64,000 nucleotides of DNA from Chloroflexota bacterium (GCA_016865865.1 VGOC01000004.1:17388-81387), one strand, 5' to 3'. Numbered from the stretch's first letter, positions 53,638-63,388 are shown. Made by a program: numbers and translations. Notes: a model not told the origin generated them from the letters alone.

Positions 53638-55260
53638 TTAGCTGCTGAGCAATTCGTAGACCATTCTCTGTCCATCCACTACGGGCAACTTAGCCATGCC
53701 CTGGCGCCCGAAGATGAAGTGGTGTTTCATCGCGCCCAGGTGGCGATAGGTGGTTTCACAGATCAGCATTCCTCCCTCACGCATATAAATGGCAAATGAA
53801 CCCAACTTGCGGGCGACATGACCAGCCTGGGAGGTTAGGACTGGCGTAATCCAGTTCGACGGTTTCGCCTCCTGAAGAGCCACCTCGCCAGTAGAGATGC
53901 CCATGCCAATCTTAAACGTTTTCAATCCCTGGCCTGCAAGCTGATCATTGAAGCATTCCACCAAAATCTTCAAATCCAATCCCGTGCGAACCGCTGTCAA
54001 GGCGCAAGCTTGCGGAGATGCGTGAGCGCCCAGGCCAAAAGAAGCTAACAGCGAACCATCGTCGAGCCGCTCGACCAGCCCGCCATTGCTTTCCAGACGC
54101 TCGACGACATCGGCGATAGGACCGAGCGCTGCCAATCGGCCATCCCCAGTAGAGGCGGCTTCTCTATGCAACGCAATCGCCAGGACCGCGATCTGCCAGA
54201 TTTCCTCCCTCAGGATTCGGACGGTGGGCAGCGGAGTGCGCAGCTCGGGTCTGGATTCGTCGCTCACCTGGATGGCGCTGCGCTTCCTGGCTGGAACCTG
54301 CTTAACAGAGACCACCCGTGAAATAGAGCGTGGTTCGGCGACATCGTGCAATCCCAAAGCGATCAGATAAAAGGAGGCCGCAAAGAGAGAGATCGCCAAA
54401 GCCGAAGTCACCATCACATTCCAGGGGATCGCGCCGTTGATCTGTCGGTAAGTCTCGGCGTCGTAGATCATGCTGCCCCAGTTCAACTGAGCCCGGGAGA
54501 GACCCAGGAAGGCAATGAAACCGTTTGCAAAGATCGCCCCGGTCACCGTCAGGAGCATATTGACCGACGCCAGCGGTAGCATATGGGGGATCAGGTGGCG
54601 GCCAATGATGTGGAGCGCCCCTCCCCCTGCAATTCGAGCGGCAGCGATGAAGTTTTTGTTCATGATCGTCAACGCGTGGGCGCGTAACACGGTTGCCACC
54701 CCGCCAATACCGACCAAAAAGCCATAGAGCAAGCCGAACTTCAAGGGACTGATATCCAGCATAAAGCCGATGACCACCATCACGATCGGCGCAGGAGCAA
54801 GGAGCGATAGATCCGCCAGGTTCGAAAAAAGGTCATCCACCAGGCCGCGATAATAAGCTGATACCGCTCCGATGAGGGTGCCAATAATCGCAGCGGTCAA
54901 GGCGGCGGTCAAAGCCATCTGCAGCGAGGGCCGCGTGGCCGCCATCAAGATGCTGAGCACATCACGCCCCAGGGTATCCGTTCCCAGGGGATGTCCCGGG
55001 CCCGGCGGAGAGGGATGTGGGAATATATTCACATCGTACCCCACCACCGGGTCATAAATACCCTTGGGCCATACGGTGCGCATCATCATTGGATGTGCAA
55101 CCGCCATCAACAGGTAGATCACTAACACCAACAGTCCCAAGACGGCCAGCTTGTTACGTTTGTAGATTCGCCATGAATCCCTCGAACGCGTCCAGCTCGA
55201 GATCAGCCAGATCTTGAAACGTTCTTTTCGAGATATGATAAGGATTTTTTGATTGGGCAT
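53638..55260 (-). CDS. Nik/Dpp-type ABC permease (NikC/DppC-like) fused to a C-terminal class III nucleotide-cyclase-like domain
   Basis: Residues 1-310 are a BPD permease (GTDTLGRDVLS, AARIAGGGALHIIGRHLIPH). Residues 350-538 are collinear with cyclase homology domains (GGLVERLDDGSLLASFG, KIGMGISTGEV, AGHVARKL, MVYEL), but the first metal-binding Asp is missing. Confidence 0.75.
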   Translation of the reverse strand: MPNQKILIISRKERFKIWLISSWTRSRDSWRIYKRNKLAVLGLLVLVIYLLMAVAHPMMMRTVWPKGIYDPVVGYDVNIFPHPSPPGPGHPLGTDTLGRDVLSILMAATRPSLQMALTAALTAAIIGTLIGAVSAYYRGLVDDLFSNLADLSLLAPAPIVMVVIGFMLDISPLKFGLLYGFLVGIGGVATVLRAHALTIMNKNFIAAARIAGGGALHIIGRHLIPHMLPLASVNMLLTVTGAIFANGFIAFLGLSRAQLNWGSMIYDAETYRQINGAIPWNVMVTSALAISLFAASFYLIALGLHDVAEPRSISRVVSVKQVPARKRSAIQVSDESRPELRTPLPTVRILREEIWQIAVLAIALHREAASTGDGRLAALGPIADVVERLESNGGLVERLDDGSLLASFGLGAHASPQACALTAVRTGLDLKILVECFNDQLAGQGLKTFKIGMGISTGEVALQEAKPSNWITPVLTSQAGHVARKLGSFAIYMREGGMLICETTYRHLGAMKHHFIFGRQGMAKLPVVDGQRMVYELLSS

Positions 55261-55282
55261 CGTTTTGCTAAGAGCAATGTCC

Positions 55283-56434
55283 TTATAGCGACGAAACGAT
55301 TCGGATGCGCGGATCCAATGCAGCCAACAGCACCTCCAGGAGCAGGCGCGCCAGCAACGCTACCACACCGATTACAATGGTAGCGCCCAGCGCCAGAGGG
55401 ATGTTCTGCATACCGACGGCATAGAACAATGTCGTGCCGATCCCCTGTACATTCATCACCTCTTCGATCATCACCATGCTGGAGAGCAGGAATGGCAGGC
55501 TGATCATCAATCTGCTGGTAACAGGCAGAAGCGCGTTGCGAGCGGCATGTTGGTCACGAACCTTGTGGTCGGCCAGGCCCTTGGCCCGAGCGATCTGCAC
55601 ATAGTCTTCGTGTAAGGTATCTACCATTGTGGTGCGCATGATCAACATCACTTCGCCGAAAGTAAGCAGAACGTAGGTTGCCGTTGGGATCGCCATCTGG
55701 CGCAAGATGCCTGGAACAAGGTCATGAATACCGAACAATAACCAACTCCCGGCCCAGAGGATCGTCATCAGCAGGGAAAAAACGATCTGGGGAAGTGGTC
55801 GCTTGAAAAAACGGCGCGCCAGCCAATTGGACATCAGCGCAGCCAACAAAGCCAGAATCAACCCCACCAGCATTCGAGAGATCGTCTGCGCCTGATCTAC
55901 GCCGGGCGCGTCGAACCTCGGGCGACCGCCCAGGCTCACCGGGATGCCAAATCGCAGGGCGATGAACTCGTACATCAGAAATGCTATCCAGGGCGGAAAG
56001 GAAGTGTAAAGCGCAATGGACACGAAAGTGATCGAGCCTGTAACCACCCCAGGGCCCCGCCAGGCCGCCACCCTGCCCAGCCACTGCCCTAGCAGGAAGG
56101 CGACCACCGTTCCCAGACCAAAGATCAGCATCGTGATCGGCGCCGTTTGAATGAGAATTTGTGTAACAGGCGGCCCCATCCCCCAGGGAGAAAATGATGT
56201 CCCCAGGTCGCCCCTCGACACATGCGAAAGCCAATTCAGATAACGCTGCCAGAGTGGCGCATCGAGCTTCAGTTCCTCGCGCAATGTCGCGGCTTCGCTG
56301 GGCGTCAACCCCAACGCAAACTGGCTGACGTAATCGCCAGGCAGGATAGCCTGTATGCTGAAAAAAAGGAGAGATACATAGATGAACAAAAGAACCAGGC
56401 CTGTCAACAGGCGTTTGAAGAGGTATCGAATCAT
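55283..56434 (-). CDS. Nik/Dpp-type ABC permease (NikB/DppB-like)
   Basis: N-terminal MIRYLFKRLLTGLVLL, plus YVQIARAKGL. Polytopic. Confidence 0.85.
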   Translation of the reverse strand: MIRYLFKRLLTGLVLLFIYVSLLFFSIQAILPGDYVSQFALGLTPSEAATLREELKLDAPLWQRYLNWLSHVSRGDLGTSFSPWGMGPPVTQILIQTAPITMLIFGLGTVVAFLLGQWLGRVAAWRGPGVVTGSITFVSIALYTSFPPWIAFLMYEFIALRFGIPVSLGGRPRFDAPGVDQAQTISRMLVGLILALLAALMSNWLARRFFKRPLPQIVFSLLMTILWAGSWLLFGIHDLVPGILRQMAIPTATYVLLTFGEVMLIMRTTMVDTLHEDYVQIARAKGLADHKVRDQHAARNALLPVTSRLMISLPFLLSSMVMIEEVMNVQGIGTTLFYAVGMQNIPLALGATIVIGVVALLARLLLEVLLAALDPRIRIVSSL

Positions 56435-56543
56435 AAGGTCACTCCCTGACAGATCTGTACACTGTTCTCTTATTCAACCATTTGGTCTGCTATGTCCCAG
56501 CTATCGCTAAAAACTACCTGTTCCTTAAGCAATCCGTGGCGTT

Positions 56544-57032
56544 TTACAGCTCAGGATAAACCATAACCAGCGCTGGAGCGTAGGGCGCCTTGGCCTTTTT
56601 GGTCTTGATGCCTTTGATGGCCCAGAAAATCTCGGCGAATTGATTGATGGCTTCCACGAAATCCAGCCCGGCCTGGCGGTCGGCGGTCTGGCGGGCTTTG
56701 GAACCCAATTGCATGATCTTCTTGACCAGCTCATTGAGTTCTGGATATTTTTCCACATGCTCGGGTTTGATAAAGTCACCCCAAATCACACGCACTTCGT
56801 GTTTGGCCTGCTCGGCATGATCTTCTTTGACGGCTATGTAGCGGGACATGCTATTTTGGTAAGACGCGCCTTCGCCTTCCAGAGCCGCCATCAGATCCAT
56901 CATGCGCACAACGGTCAAGGCGCTGATCTGGGCGGCGATGGGATCATAGATGCCGCAAGGAATATCGCAGTGGGCCTTTGCTTGCTCGAATCCCAATTTT
57001 TCATCCAACATTTTCAGGAATTTGTACATCAT
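56544..57032 (-). CDS. sodN: Nickel superoxide dismutase precursor
   Basis: The Ni-hook HCDIPCGIYDP follows a 20 aa leader (MMYKFLKMLDEKLGFEQAKA). The ATG at 57032 is preceded by GGAGG. The longer ORF-track start runs into a palindromic repeat. Confidence 0.9.
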   Translation of the reverse strand: MMYKFLKMLDEKLGFEQAKAHCDIPCGIYDPIAAQISALTVVRMMDLMAALEGEGASYQNSMSRYIAVKEDHAEQAKHEVRVIWGDFIKPEHVEKYPELNELVKKIMQLGSKARQTADRQAGLDFVEAINQFAEIFWAIKGIKTKKAKAPYAPALVMVYPEL

Positions 57033-57097
57033 TTTGACCTCCAATCGTAAGAAGAATACTTTGTGTTCACTGAATAAACTCATGAAGGAGAGGGTGA

Positions 57098-57148
57098 GGC
57101 GGCATATATGGGGGCGCGCGCGAAGCGCGCGCCCCCATATATGCCGCC
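57098..57148. repeat. Perfect GC-rich palindrome with 24 bp arms
   Basis: GGCGGCATATATGGGGGCGCGCGC-gaa-GCGCGCGCCCCCATATATGCCGCC lies in the sodN / PIG-L divergent intergenic region. Confidence 0.7.
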
Positions 57149-57295
57149 CCGAATTCGCTATGCGTAGTTTTTTCAGTGGACTCATGCTTTCGAATTCGGA
57201 ATATTCGACGCCTGTGATGATACTTAATAAGACTCATCTCGTCAAGTTAGAAGGCGGTTTTTCGATCGCTTTCGGTATAATGGCGCTGGTGTCGT

Positions 57296-58030
57296 ATGCA
57301 ATGGATTTATCTTTCGCCCCACCTGGATGATGTGGCGCTTTCTCTCGGGGGGTTGCTCTGGGAGCAAGCCGCTGCGGGAGAGTCGGCTTATGTGTGGACG
57401 ATCTGCGCGGGCGACCCGCCCCCCGGACCGCTATCGCCTTTTGCGGAGAGTCTGCACGGACGCTGGGGGGCTGGGCGGGAGGCCATCGCGAGGCGGCGCG
57501 CTGAGGATATCGAATCTTGTGCGGTCATGAGAGCGGCATACCGGCATTTCCCCATTCCCGATTGCATCTACCGCCGGTCCGAGCAATCCGGAGAGTATCT
57601 CTACGCTTCCGAAGACTCTTTGAATGGCCCTTTACACCCCGACGAACAGTCCCTGGTTTGGGTGCTAAGAAAAATCCTAAAAGCGGCGCTCACCCCTGGG
57701 GTAAGATTGGTCTGCCCTATCGGGTTGGGAGATCATGTGGGTCATCGTCTGACGCGCACCGCTGCGGATGGTCTCGATATCCCCCTGTGGTATTACGCCG
57801 ACTATCCTTATGTCCGTCGGATATCCAACTGGGAACCGAAAAATCTGGAGCCAACCGTATATCCGATTTCAGCGGAGGGGATCGCCGCCTGGCAGGATTC
57901 TGTCGCCGCGCATCGTTCACAGATCAGCACATTCTGGGAGAGCATCTCTGTGATGAAGACTGAAATCAGCGAGTATGTCCAGCAAATGAAGGGGGCTATA
58001 CTCTGGCGCGTATCCGAACGCATGTTCTAG
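57296..58030 (+). CDS. PIG-L/LmbE-family deacetylase
   Basis: YLSPHLDDVALSLGG at the N-terminus and GDHVGH later on are PIG-L zinc-site motifs. Confidence 0.8.
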   Translation: MQWIYLSPHLDDVALSLGGLLWEQAAAGESAYVWTICAGDPPPGPLSPFAESLHGRWGAGREAIARRRAEDIESCAVMRAAYRHFPIPDCIYRRSEQSGEYLYASEDSLNGPLHPDEQSLVWVLRKILKAALTPGVRLVCPIGLGDHVGHRLTRTAADGLDIPLWYYADYPYVRRISNWEPKNLEPTVYPISAEGIAAWQDSVAAHRSQISTFWESISVMKTEISEYVQQMKGAILWRVSERMF

Positions 58031-58037
58031 GCTACCC

Positions 58038-58066
58038 TTGTCATGGGAAAAAAGTTATGCTAAAAT
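58038..58066 (+). promoter_or_regulatory. Sigma70-type promoter upstream of greA
   Basis: TTGTCA-17 nt-TAAAAT with an extended TGc. This implies a leader of about 140 nt. Confidence 0.5.
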
Positions 58067-58211
58067 GCTGCCCGCGGCGCAATGGGACACAGGTCCTTTT
58101 TTATTGACGCCGCTGCTTGTTTATCGGAGTGCTAGCAAAATCACCGAATAGCATTCTCGATAAAAGAAATTTCTACACAGAAAGATGGATTCGAGAGGCA
58201 AAGAAAGAACG

Positions 58212-58679
58212 ATGCCACCAACATACATCACCCAAGAGGGTTTCGAAAAACTTCAACAGGAACTTGAATATCTGCGCACGACTCGCCGCCATGAAGTGGC
58301 TGAACGCTTGCGTGAAGCTCTGGAAGATGGGGATTCAGGTGTGGATGCTGACGCCGAATGTGACGCTGCTCGCAACGAGCAAGCTTTTGTCGAGGGGCGC
58401 ATTCAGGAGCTGGAACGCATTCTTGCCAATGCGCAACTCATCAAAGAAGACCATAAAAGGGATATGATCCAGGTTGGTTCTACAGTGACTATTCAAGAAG
58501 AGGGTCTCGATCCTGAGATATACACGATCGTCGGCGCTGTCGAGGCGCATCCCAGCAATGGGCGCATATCCAATGAATCTCCCCTAGGGAAAGCGCTCAT
58601 CGGCCATAAACCCAATGACGTAGTGACGATACAGGCGCCCAACGGCTCGTTTACTGTGAGGGTGTTGAAGGTCGAATGA
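58212..58679 (+). CDS. greA: Transcription elongation factor GreA
   Basis: N-terminal coiled coil (ITQEGFEKLQQELEYL) and a C-terminal FKBP-like domain (ISNESPLGKALIGHKPNDVV). Confidence 0.9.
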   Translation: MPPTYITQEGFEKLQQELEYLRTTRRHEVAERLREALEDGDSGVDADAECDAARNEQAFVEGRIQELERILANAQLIKEDHKRDMIQVGSTVTIQEEGLDPEIYTIVGAVEAHPSNGRISNESPLGKALIGHKPNDVVTIQAPNGSFTVRVLKVE

Positions 58680-58699
58680 ACTGGGGCTTGACCCATGTA

Positions 58700-58736
58700 G
58701 CCCCGCGCGAGTAGACTCGGCGCGGGGCTTTTTTGT
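58700..58736 (+). terminator. Rho-independent terminator after greA
   Basis: GCCCCGCGCGAG-tagaC-TCGGCGCGGGGC followed by TTTTTT. Confidence 0.75.
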
Positions 58737-58798
58737 TACCCGGCAGTGTTATCCGTTTTCCAGTCCGAATCAGCGGCGACGAGCGAGGAACGAGTGAT

Positions 58799-60316
58799 AT
58801 GGCGGCAGATTACACGAACTTAGAGCAGATCAGGCTCGAGAAAATCGAGGAACTTCGGGCGGAAGGCATCGAGCCTTACCCCCATCGGGTCGAACGCACC
58901 CACACCAGCGTGGAGGCTATTCAGGCTTTCGAGGCTGTCGAAGGCGACGAGCAAGCCGCGGTGGTGCAGGCCACGCTGGCCGGCAGGTTGCGATCTATGC
59001 GCCCGATGGGCAAGATCATCTTCGCCCATATCGAAGATGGTGATGGGCGAATCCAACTTTTCTTCCGGGCGAATGACATTGGAGAGGAGCGGATTTCGCT
59101 TTTCAACCGTGCCTTCGATTTAGGCGATTATATTCAGGCCAGTGGAAAGATGTTCCGGACGCGCGCGGGGGAGGCATCGTTGTGGGTCGAGTCTTTCAGG
59201 ATGTTAGCCAAAGCTGTGACGCCCCTGCCGGCAGCCAAGGATGAAGTGGTTGACGGCGAGGTCATCCAACACGCCACATTAGCAGATCCGGAGACGCGCT
59301 ACCGTCAACGCTACGCTGATTTGGCTGTCAATGCTGAAGTACGCAAAATCTTCCGCAAGCGCGCGGCCATCGTGCGCGCCCTGCACCAATTCATGAATGA
59401 TCACAGCTTCCTCGAGGTGGAGACTCCCATTTTACAGCCGATCTACGGCGGCGCGGCGGCTCAGCCTTTCGTCACCCACCACAATCAACTCAAGCAAGAC
59501 CTTTACCTGCGCATATCTTTCGAACTCTATCTCAAACGCCTGCTGGTGGGCGGCTTCGAGCGCGTCTATGAAATTGGGCGCGATTTCCGCAACGAGGGCG
59601 TTTCTTTCAAACACAACCCCGAGTTCACTCAGTTGGAATTCTACTGGGCGTACGCTGATTACAACCAGGTCATGGATCTTACCGAACAGATGCTGGCCTT
59701 CGTAGCTGACCAGGTTATCGGCCAGCGCAGCTTTACTTACCAGGGCCATGAGATCAACCTGAATCCCCCCTGGGAGCGAGTCGAGTTACGTCAGAGATTG
59801 GCCGAGGTCACCGGCATTGATATCCATGAACATGCCACCGCGCAGAGTCTGGCGGCTGCGATGAAAGCTAAAGAGATGGAAGTCAAACCCGGCGCAACGC
59901 GCGGAAAGCTGATTGATGCGCTGATCGGCAATCATCTCGAACCGAATCTGATCCAGCCGACTTTTCTGTATAATTACCCCAGAGATATCTCTCCTCTGGC
60001 CAAGAGCATGCCGGGGGATCCCCAGGTGGTGGAGCGCTTCGAGGGTTTTCTCGGGGGCATGGAGATCTGCAACGCCTTCACTGAACTCAACGACCCCCTC
60101 GATCAGGAGGCGCGCTTCCTGGAGATGGGGCGGGATTACGCCGACGACGATGAAGAACGCCACCCCATGGATGAAGATTATTTGCGGGCATTGCGCTACG
60201 GCATGCCACCCAATGGTGGATTCGGCATGGGCATCGATCGCCTGACTATGCTGTTTACCGATCAGCGCAGCATCCGGGAGGTGATTCTCTTCCCCCATCT
60301 GCGTAGTAGAGAGTAA
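58799..60316 (+). CDS. lysS: Lysine--tRNA ligase (class II)
   Basis: An OB anticodon-binding N-terminus is followed by class II motifs ([16 protein letters not shown]). Confidence 0.95.
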   Translation: MAADYTNLEQIRLEKIEELRAEGIEPYPHRVERTHTSVEAIQAFEAVEGDEQAAVVQATLAGRLRSMRPMGKIIFAHIEDGDGRIQLFFRANDIGEERISLFNRAFDLGDYIQASGKMFRTRAGEASLWVESFRMLAKAVTPLPAAKDEVVDGEVIQHATLADPETRYRQRYADLAVNAEVRKIFRKRAAIVRALHQFMNDHSFLEVETPILQPIYGGAAAQPFVTHHNQLKQDLYLRISFELYLKRLLVGGFERVYEIGRDFRNEGVSFKHNPEFTQLEFYWAYADYNQVMDLTEQMLAFVADQVIGQRSFTYQGHEINLNPPWERVELRQRLAEVTGIDIHEHATAQSLAAAMKAKEMEVKPGATRGKLIDALIGNHLEPNLIQPTFLYNYPRDISPLAKSMPGDPQVVERFEGFLGGMEICNAFTELNDPLDQEARFLEMGRDYADDDEERHPMDEDYLRALRYGMPPNGGFGMGIDRLTMLFTDQRSIREVILFPHLRSRE

Positions 60317-60319
60317 GAC

Positions 60320-60360
60320 GACAAGAAACCCGTTTTCTACCGGAAAACGGGTTTCTTGTC
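60320..60360. terminator. Bidirectional terminator between convergent lysS and the deoxynucleoside kinase gene
   Basis: An 18 bp perfect stem, GACAAGAAACCCGTTTTC-taccg-GAAAACGGGTTTCTTGTC. Confidence 0.7.
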
Positions 60361-60365
60361 TATTT

Positions 60366-61037
60366 CTAATAAGATGATGTCCGCCCGTTTTCGACTTCGA
60401 CAGGATCGAAGACAACCACGTCTTTGCCCGTTAGTTTCTCGTCTACTTTACGGATGACCATCTCCAAATGGGCTGGGTGCTTCACATAGTTGATGTCATC
60501 GGCGGGGACAGTCAGCACCGGGCACAAATTGAAGTTATCAACCCACTCCTCGTATAGCTCGTTCAACTGGGCCAGGTAATCCGGGTGGATCTTACTTTCG
60601 TAATCGCGCCCACGTCGCCGGATACGCCGCTGCAAGATCTCAACTGAGGCTCTCAAATATACGACCAGGTCTGGCGGAGGTAAGAATTCGCTCAATACCT
60701 GATAGAGCTCCTGGTAGGTTTCGTAATCGCGTTCGCTCATCTGCTTTTGGCGGTACAGATTGCGGGCGAAGATTTCCGCATCCTCATAAACGCTGCGATC
60801 CTGGACGACGGAAGTAGGATGATCGGCAAGTCTGCGATGAATGCGCAGGCGGTGGGTCAAGAAGAAAACCTGCGATTGAAAAGCCCAGGCTTTCATGTCA
60901 CGGTAAAAATCCGGCAGGTAGGGATTCTCTGTTTCGGGTTCATAGAAGGGTTCCCAGCCCAAACTCTTGCTGAGCATGCTTACCAGGGTAGATTTACCAA
61001 CGCCAATGTTTCCAGCGACTGCAATAAATTTTTTCAT
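60366..61037 (-). CDS. Deoxynucleoside kinase (dNK family)
   Basis: P-loop AGNIGVGKST, plus DRSVYED and the RRGRDYE LID-like motif. Confidence 0.85.
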   Translation of the reverse strand: MKKFIAVAGNIGVGKSTLVSMLSKSLGWEPFYEPETENPYLPDFYRDMKAWAFQSQVFFLTHRLRIHRRLADHPTSVVQDRSVYEDAEIFARNLYRQKQMSERDYETYQELYQVLSEFLPPPDLVVYLRASVEILQRRIRRRGRDYESKIHPDYLAQLNELYEEWVDNFNLCPVLTVPADDINYVKHPAHLEMVIRKVDEKLTGKDVVVFDPVEVENGRTSSY

Positions 61038-61049
61038 CGGGAATGCCTT

Positions 61050-63374
61050 TCAATCTGGACACAAGAGGGCAACAGCCTGCCCTGCTTCATTGTCCATAAT
61101 CACATCAAGATGATATCCTTGCCGAAAAGAAGAAACCTCGATGAGGCGTATACAAGCTGCCAGGTGCGCCTCATCGGGGGCGCGTTCAGCCAGCCGATTG
61201 GGTGTGTGATAGAAAAATTGGCGATCGAAGATCACACCTTCATCATTCAGGAAAATTGCCAGGGGGTGGATGCGCGCCTCGATCAGGTCCTGGAAGAAGT
61301 GCGTGCCAAAGGAGGGTTCTGGAGCGGGGCCAATCCCCTCCCCTGCCAACTCCACCAGGGCGCGCGTGTTGTAGATATCTGAATATCGGATATTGACTCC
61401 CAAATCGGGGTCACGCGTCCCCCAGCGGCCAGGCCCGATACATATAAACACCTCGTTCGACAAGATCGTGTTGATGCGGCTGATCGTTCTCCCCAACTCG
61501 GCGCGGGCAGATGGCGTAGGAAGCGCATAATAGCCTTCAGGGACAACGAACAACACATAGCGAATATCTCGAATATGCCCGCGGGGAACCATGCGCCGCG
61601 TGGAAAAAACAATTTCCTCGGGGTTCAGCTCGTCGGGGATGTGGGCTTCCTCTTCTTCAGCATGACTTTGGGGACGGCACTGCAGAATAGATATTCGAAT
61701 CCCTGGGCTTAGGCTTTGGGGGTCTTCGACCCGGATGGCAAACTCCATATCCACGGGCGTTTTATAATGATGTTCCAAGAGATTCAGAATGCGCTTCATA
61801 CGATCAGCCAGTTCCGTGCGCTGAATCAACGCGTCGAAAGTGAGCACTATTTTCTTGACATTCCCTGTGGAAAGATTACTCCGAATGGGGACAAGGTACC
61901 CCCCCTGGTCTAATTGAGCGATGTAACGCAAGAGTGGATAGCGCCGGGTGATCACCTCTAGCACGGGCAATGTCTCGAAACGATTCTCTTTCAGGTTGAT
62001 CAAATCTATGTACTGTTGTGAGTAGCGGCGGATTTGTTTTGGGTCAGCATCGGGGCGCAGATGGGGGTGACTCAGGGCTACCAGCCGCGGGTAATCACTG
62101 CCAACGCGGTCAACCGCCCGCGTCCCCAAACCCCAGACCAGTCTCAAAAACCCATCCTCGCTGCGGATTTGGGGTGACCAGCGATAGATGTTGCGGCTAA
62201 ATCCAACGCCGGCGGCATGTGGGAAGAAATAATCCCCAAAACGTTCTCCTTCCACAACCTGGATGAGGATCGCCAGCCGCTCGTCATAATCTTGCAGCCC
62301 CATGGCGCGCCGGTAGAGCAGCGCATCAGGGTTGAGTCCGCTGGCGAAAACGCGGGCGATCGCCTGGGTCAACCTGGAAAGATTCTCCTCGGGGGAACCC
62401 TGGTTGGGGCAAAATACGCTTTCGTACTTTCCGGCAAAAGATGTCCCGAAATTATCTTCCAGCAGGGAGGAAGAACGGACGATCAAAGGCTGTTTGCCAA
62501 CATCGGCCAGCATCTCCTGGAGTTTCTCTATAATGTCAGGAGGAAATTTGGCTTTTGCGTACTCTTCCTGGATCGTAGGATATTCAGTATTGATTTGTTC
62601 CTCGGACTTATATTTTTGATCGGCCCAGTGGATCAAATCGTTGTAGCTCATGAAGGCATACATGACATCCGAACCCAGAAAATAGGACTCAGGGGTGCAC
62701 AGAGCGTCGCGGATATCCTCTCCAGCGATCTCGCTCAAGATGCGCGCCGCCAGCAACATCCCTGCCGCCTTGCCGCCGATTTTCCCGTGCCCTATCTTGC
62801 GTCTCTGGATATCGAGCAGGTCGCTGGCCGTAAACCAGGTTTTGGCGATGTTGATGTAAGCCAGTTGATCGCTGATCATCCGGCGTATCAGTACGACGAT
62901 CAATTCATGATAACGGGGTTGATAATGAGCCCGCTCCTCGACGGGTAGGCTCTCGAGGGCCATTGCCTGCTCGAAGAGCATATCCTGCGGCGCTAACTCC
63001 GGATTGAAGGAGATCTCGATCTCATCCACAGCAGGGATGCGCTCGGCAAGCACATCTTTGACGATCTCCTCGAAATCCTCGAATCGCAGGTTGTAGGCGA
63101 AATAGAAATCGGTCAGGTGCTTGCGGACACGCGACATCCTGATTTCCCAGATTTCCCCGCTTTCTTCCCACAGGGGATCATGTAATCCCTCACGCGCCTG
63201 AGATTCGATTGCCTTTTGGCGCACTTCAGCCTCGAAATCTTTGGGTCCGACAATGCCTCGCTCGAAGAGTTCGCGCCTCATGCGGGCGCGAATGCGTGTC
63301 TGTAAAACGGGATATTGCGCCAGGGCCAGGTAAATCCGTAACGCTCGATCAGTCGAGGGACTTGGCAGAGTCAT
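61050..63374 (-). CDS. PEP/pyruvate-binding (PPDK_N-like ATP-grasp) domain protein
   Basis: GHGKIGGKAAGMLLA and VRSSSLLEDNFGTSFAGKY are typical of the PEP-utilising enzyme N-terminal domain. No phosphohistidine swivel or PEP-binding TIM domain is recognised. The start is taken at the ATG at 63374. Confidence 0.7.
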   Translation of the reverse strand: MTLPSPSTDRALRIYLALAQYPVLQTRIRARMRRELFERGIVGPKDFEAEVRQKAIESQAREGLHDPLWEESGEIWEIRMSRVRKHLTDFYFAYNLRFEDFEEIVKDVLAERIPAVDEIEISFNPELAPQDMLFEQAMALESLPVEERAHYQPRYHELIVVLIRRMISDQLAYINIAKTWFTASDLLDIQRRKIGHGKIGGKAAGMLLAARILSEIAGEDIRDALCTPESYFLGSDVMYAFMSYNDLIHWADQKYKSEEQINTEYPTIQEEYAKAKFPPDIIEKLQEMLADVGKQPLIVRSSSLLEDNFGTSFAGKYESVFCPNQGSPEENLSRLTQAIARVFASGLNPDALLYRRAMGLQDYDERLAILIQVVEGERFGDYFFPHAAGVGFSRNIYRWSPQIRSEDGFLRLVWGLGTRAVDRVGSDYPRLVALSHPHLRPDADPKQIRRYSQQYIDLINLKENRFETLPVLEVITRRYPLLRYIAQLDQGGYLVPIRSNLSTGNVKKIVLTFDALIQRTELADRMKRILNLLEHHYKTPVDMEFAIRVEDPQSLSPGIRISILQCRPQSHAEEEEAHIPDELNPEEIVFSTRRMVPRGHIRDIRYVLFVVPEGYYALPTPSARAELGRTISRINTILSNEVFICIGPGRWGTRDPDLGVNIRYSDIYNTRALVELAGEGIGPAPEPSFGTHFFQDLIEARIHPLAIFLNDEGVIFDRQFFYHTPNRLAERAPDEAHLAACIRLIEVSSFRQGYHLDVIMDNEAGQAVALLCPD

Positions 63375-63388
63375 AAGGAAATAGTTCA

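Noticed and set aside
57033-57185. 51-codon upstream extension of sodN
   Set aside because: It runs through the 24 bp-arm palindrome. The ATG at 57032 has a GGAGG site and gives a leader length compatible with SodX processing.
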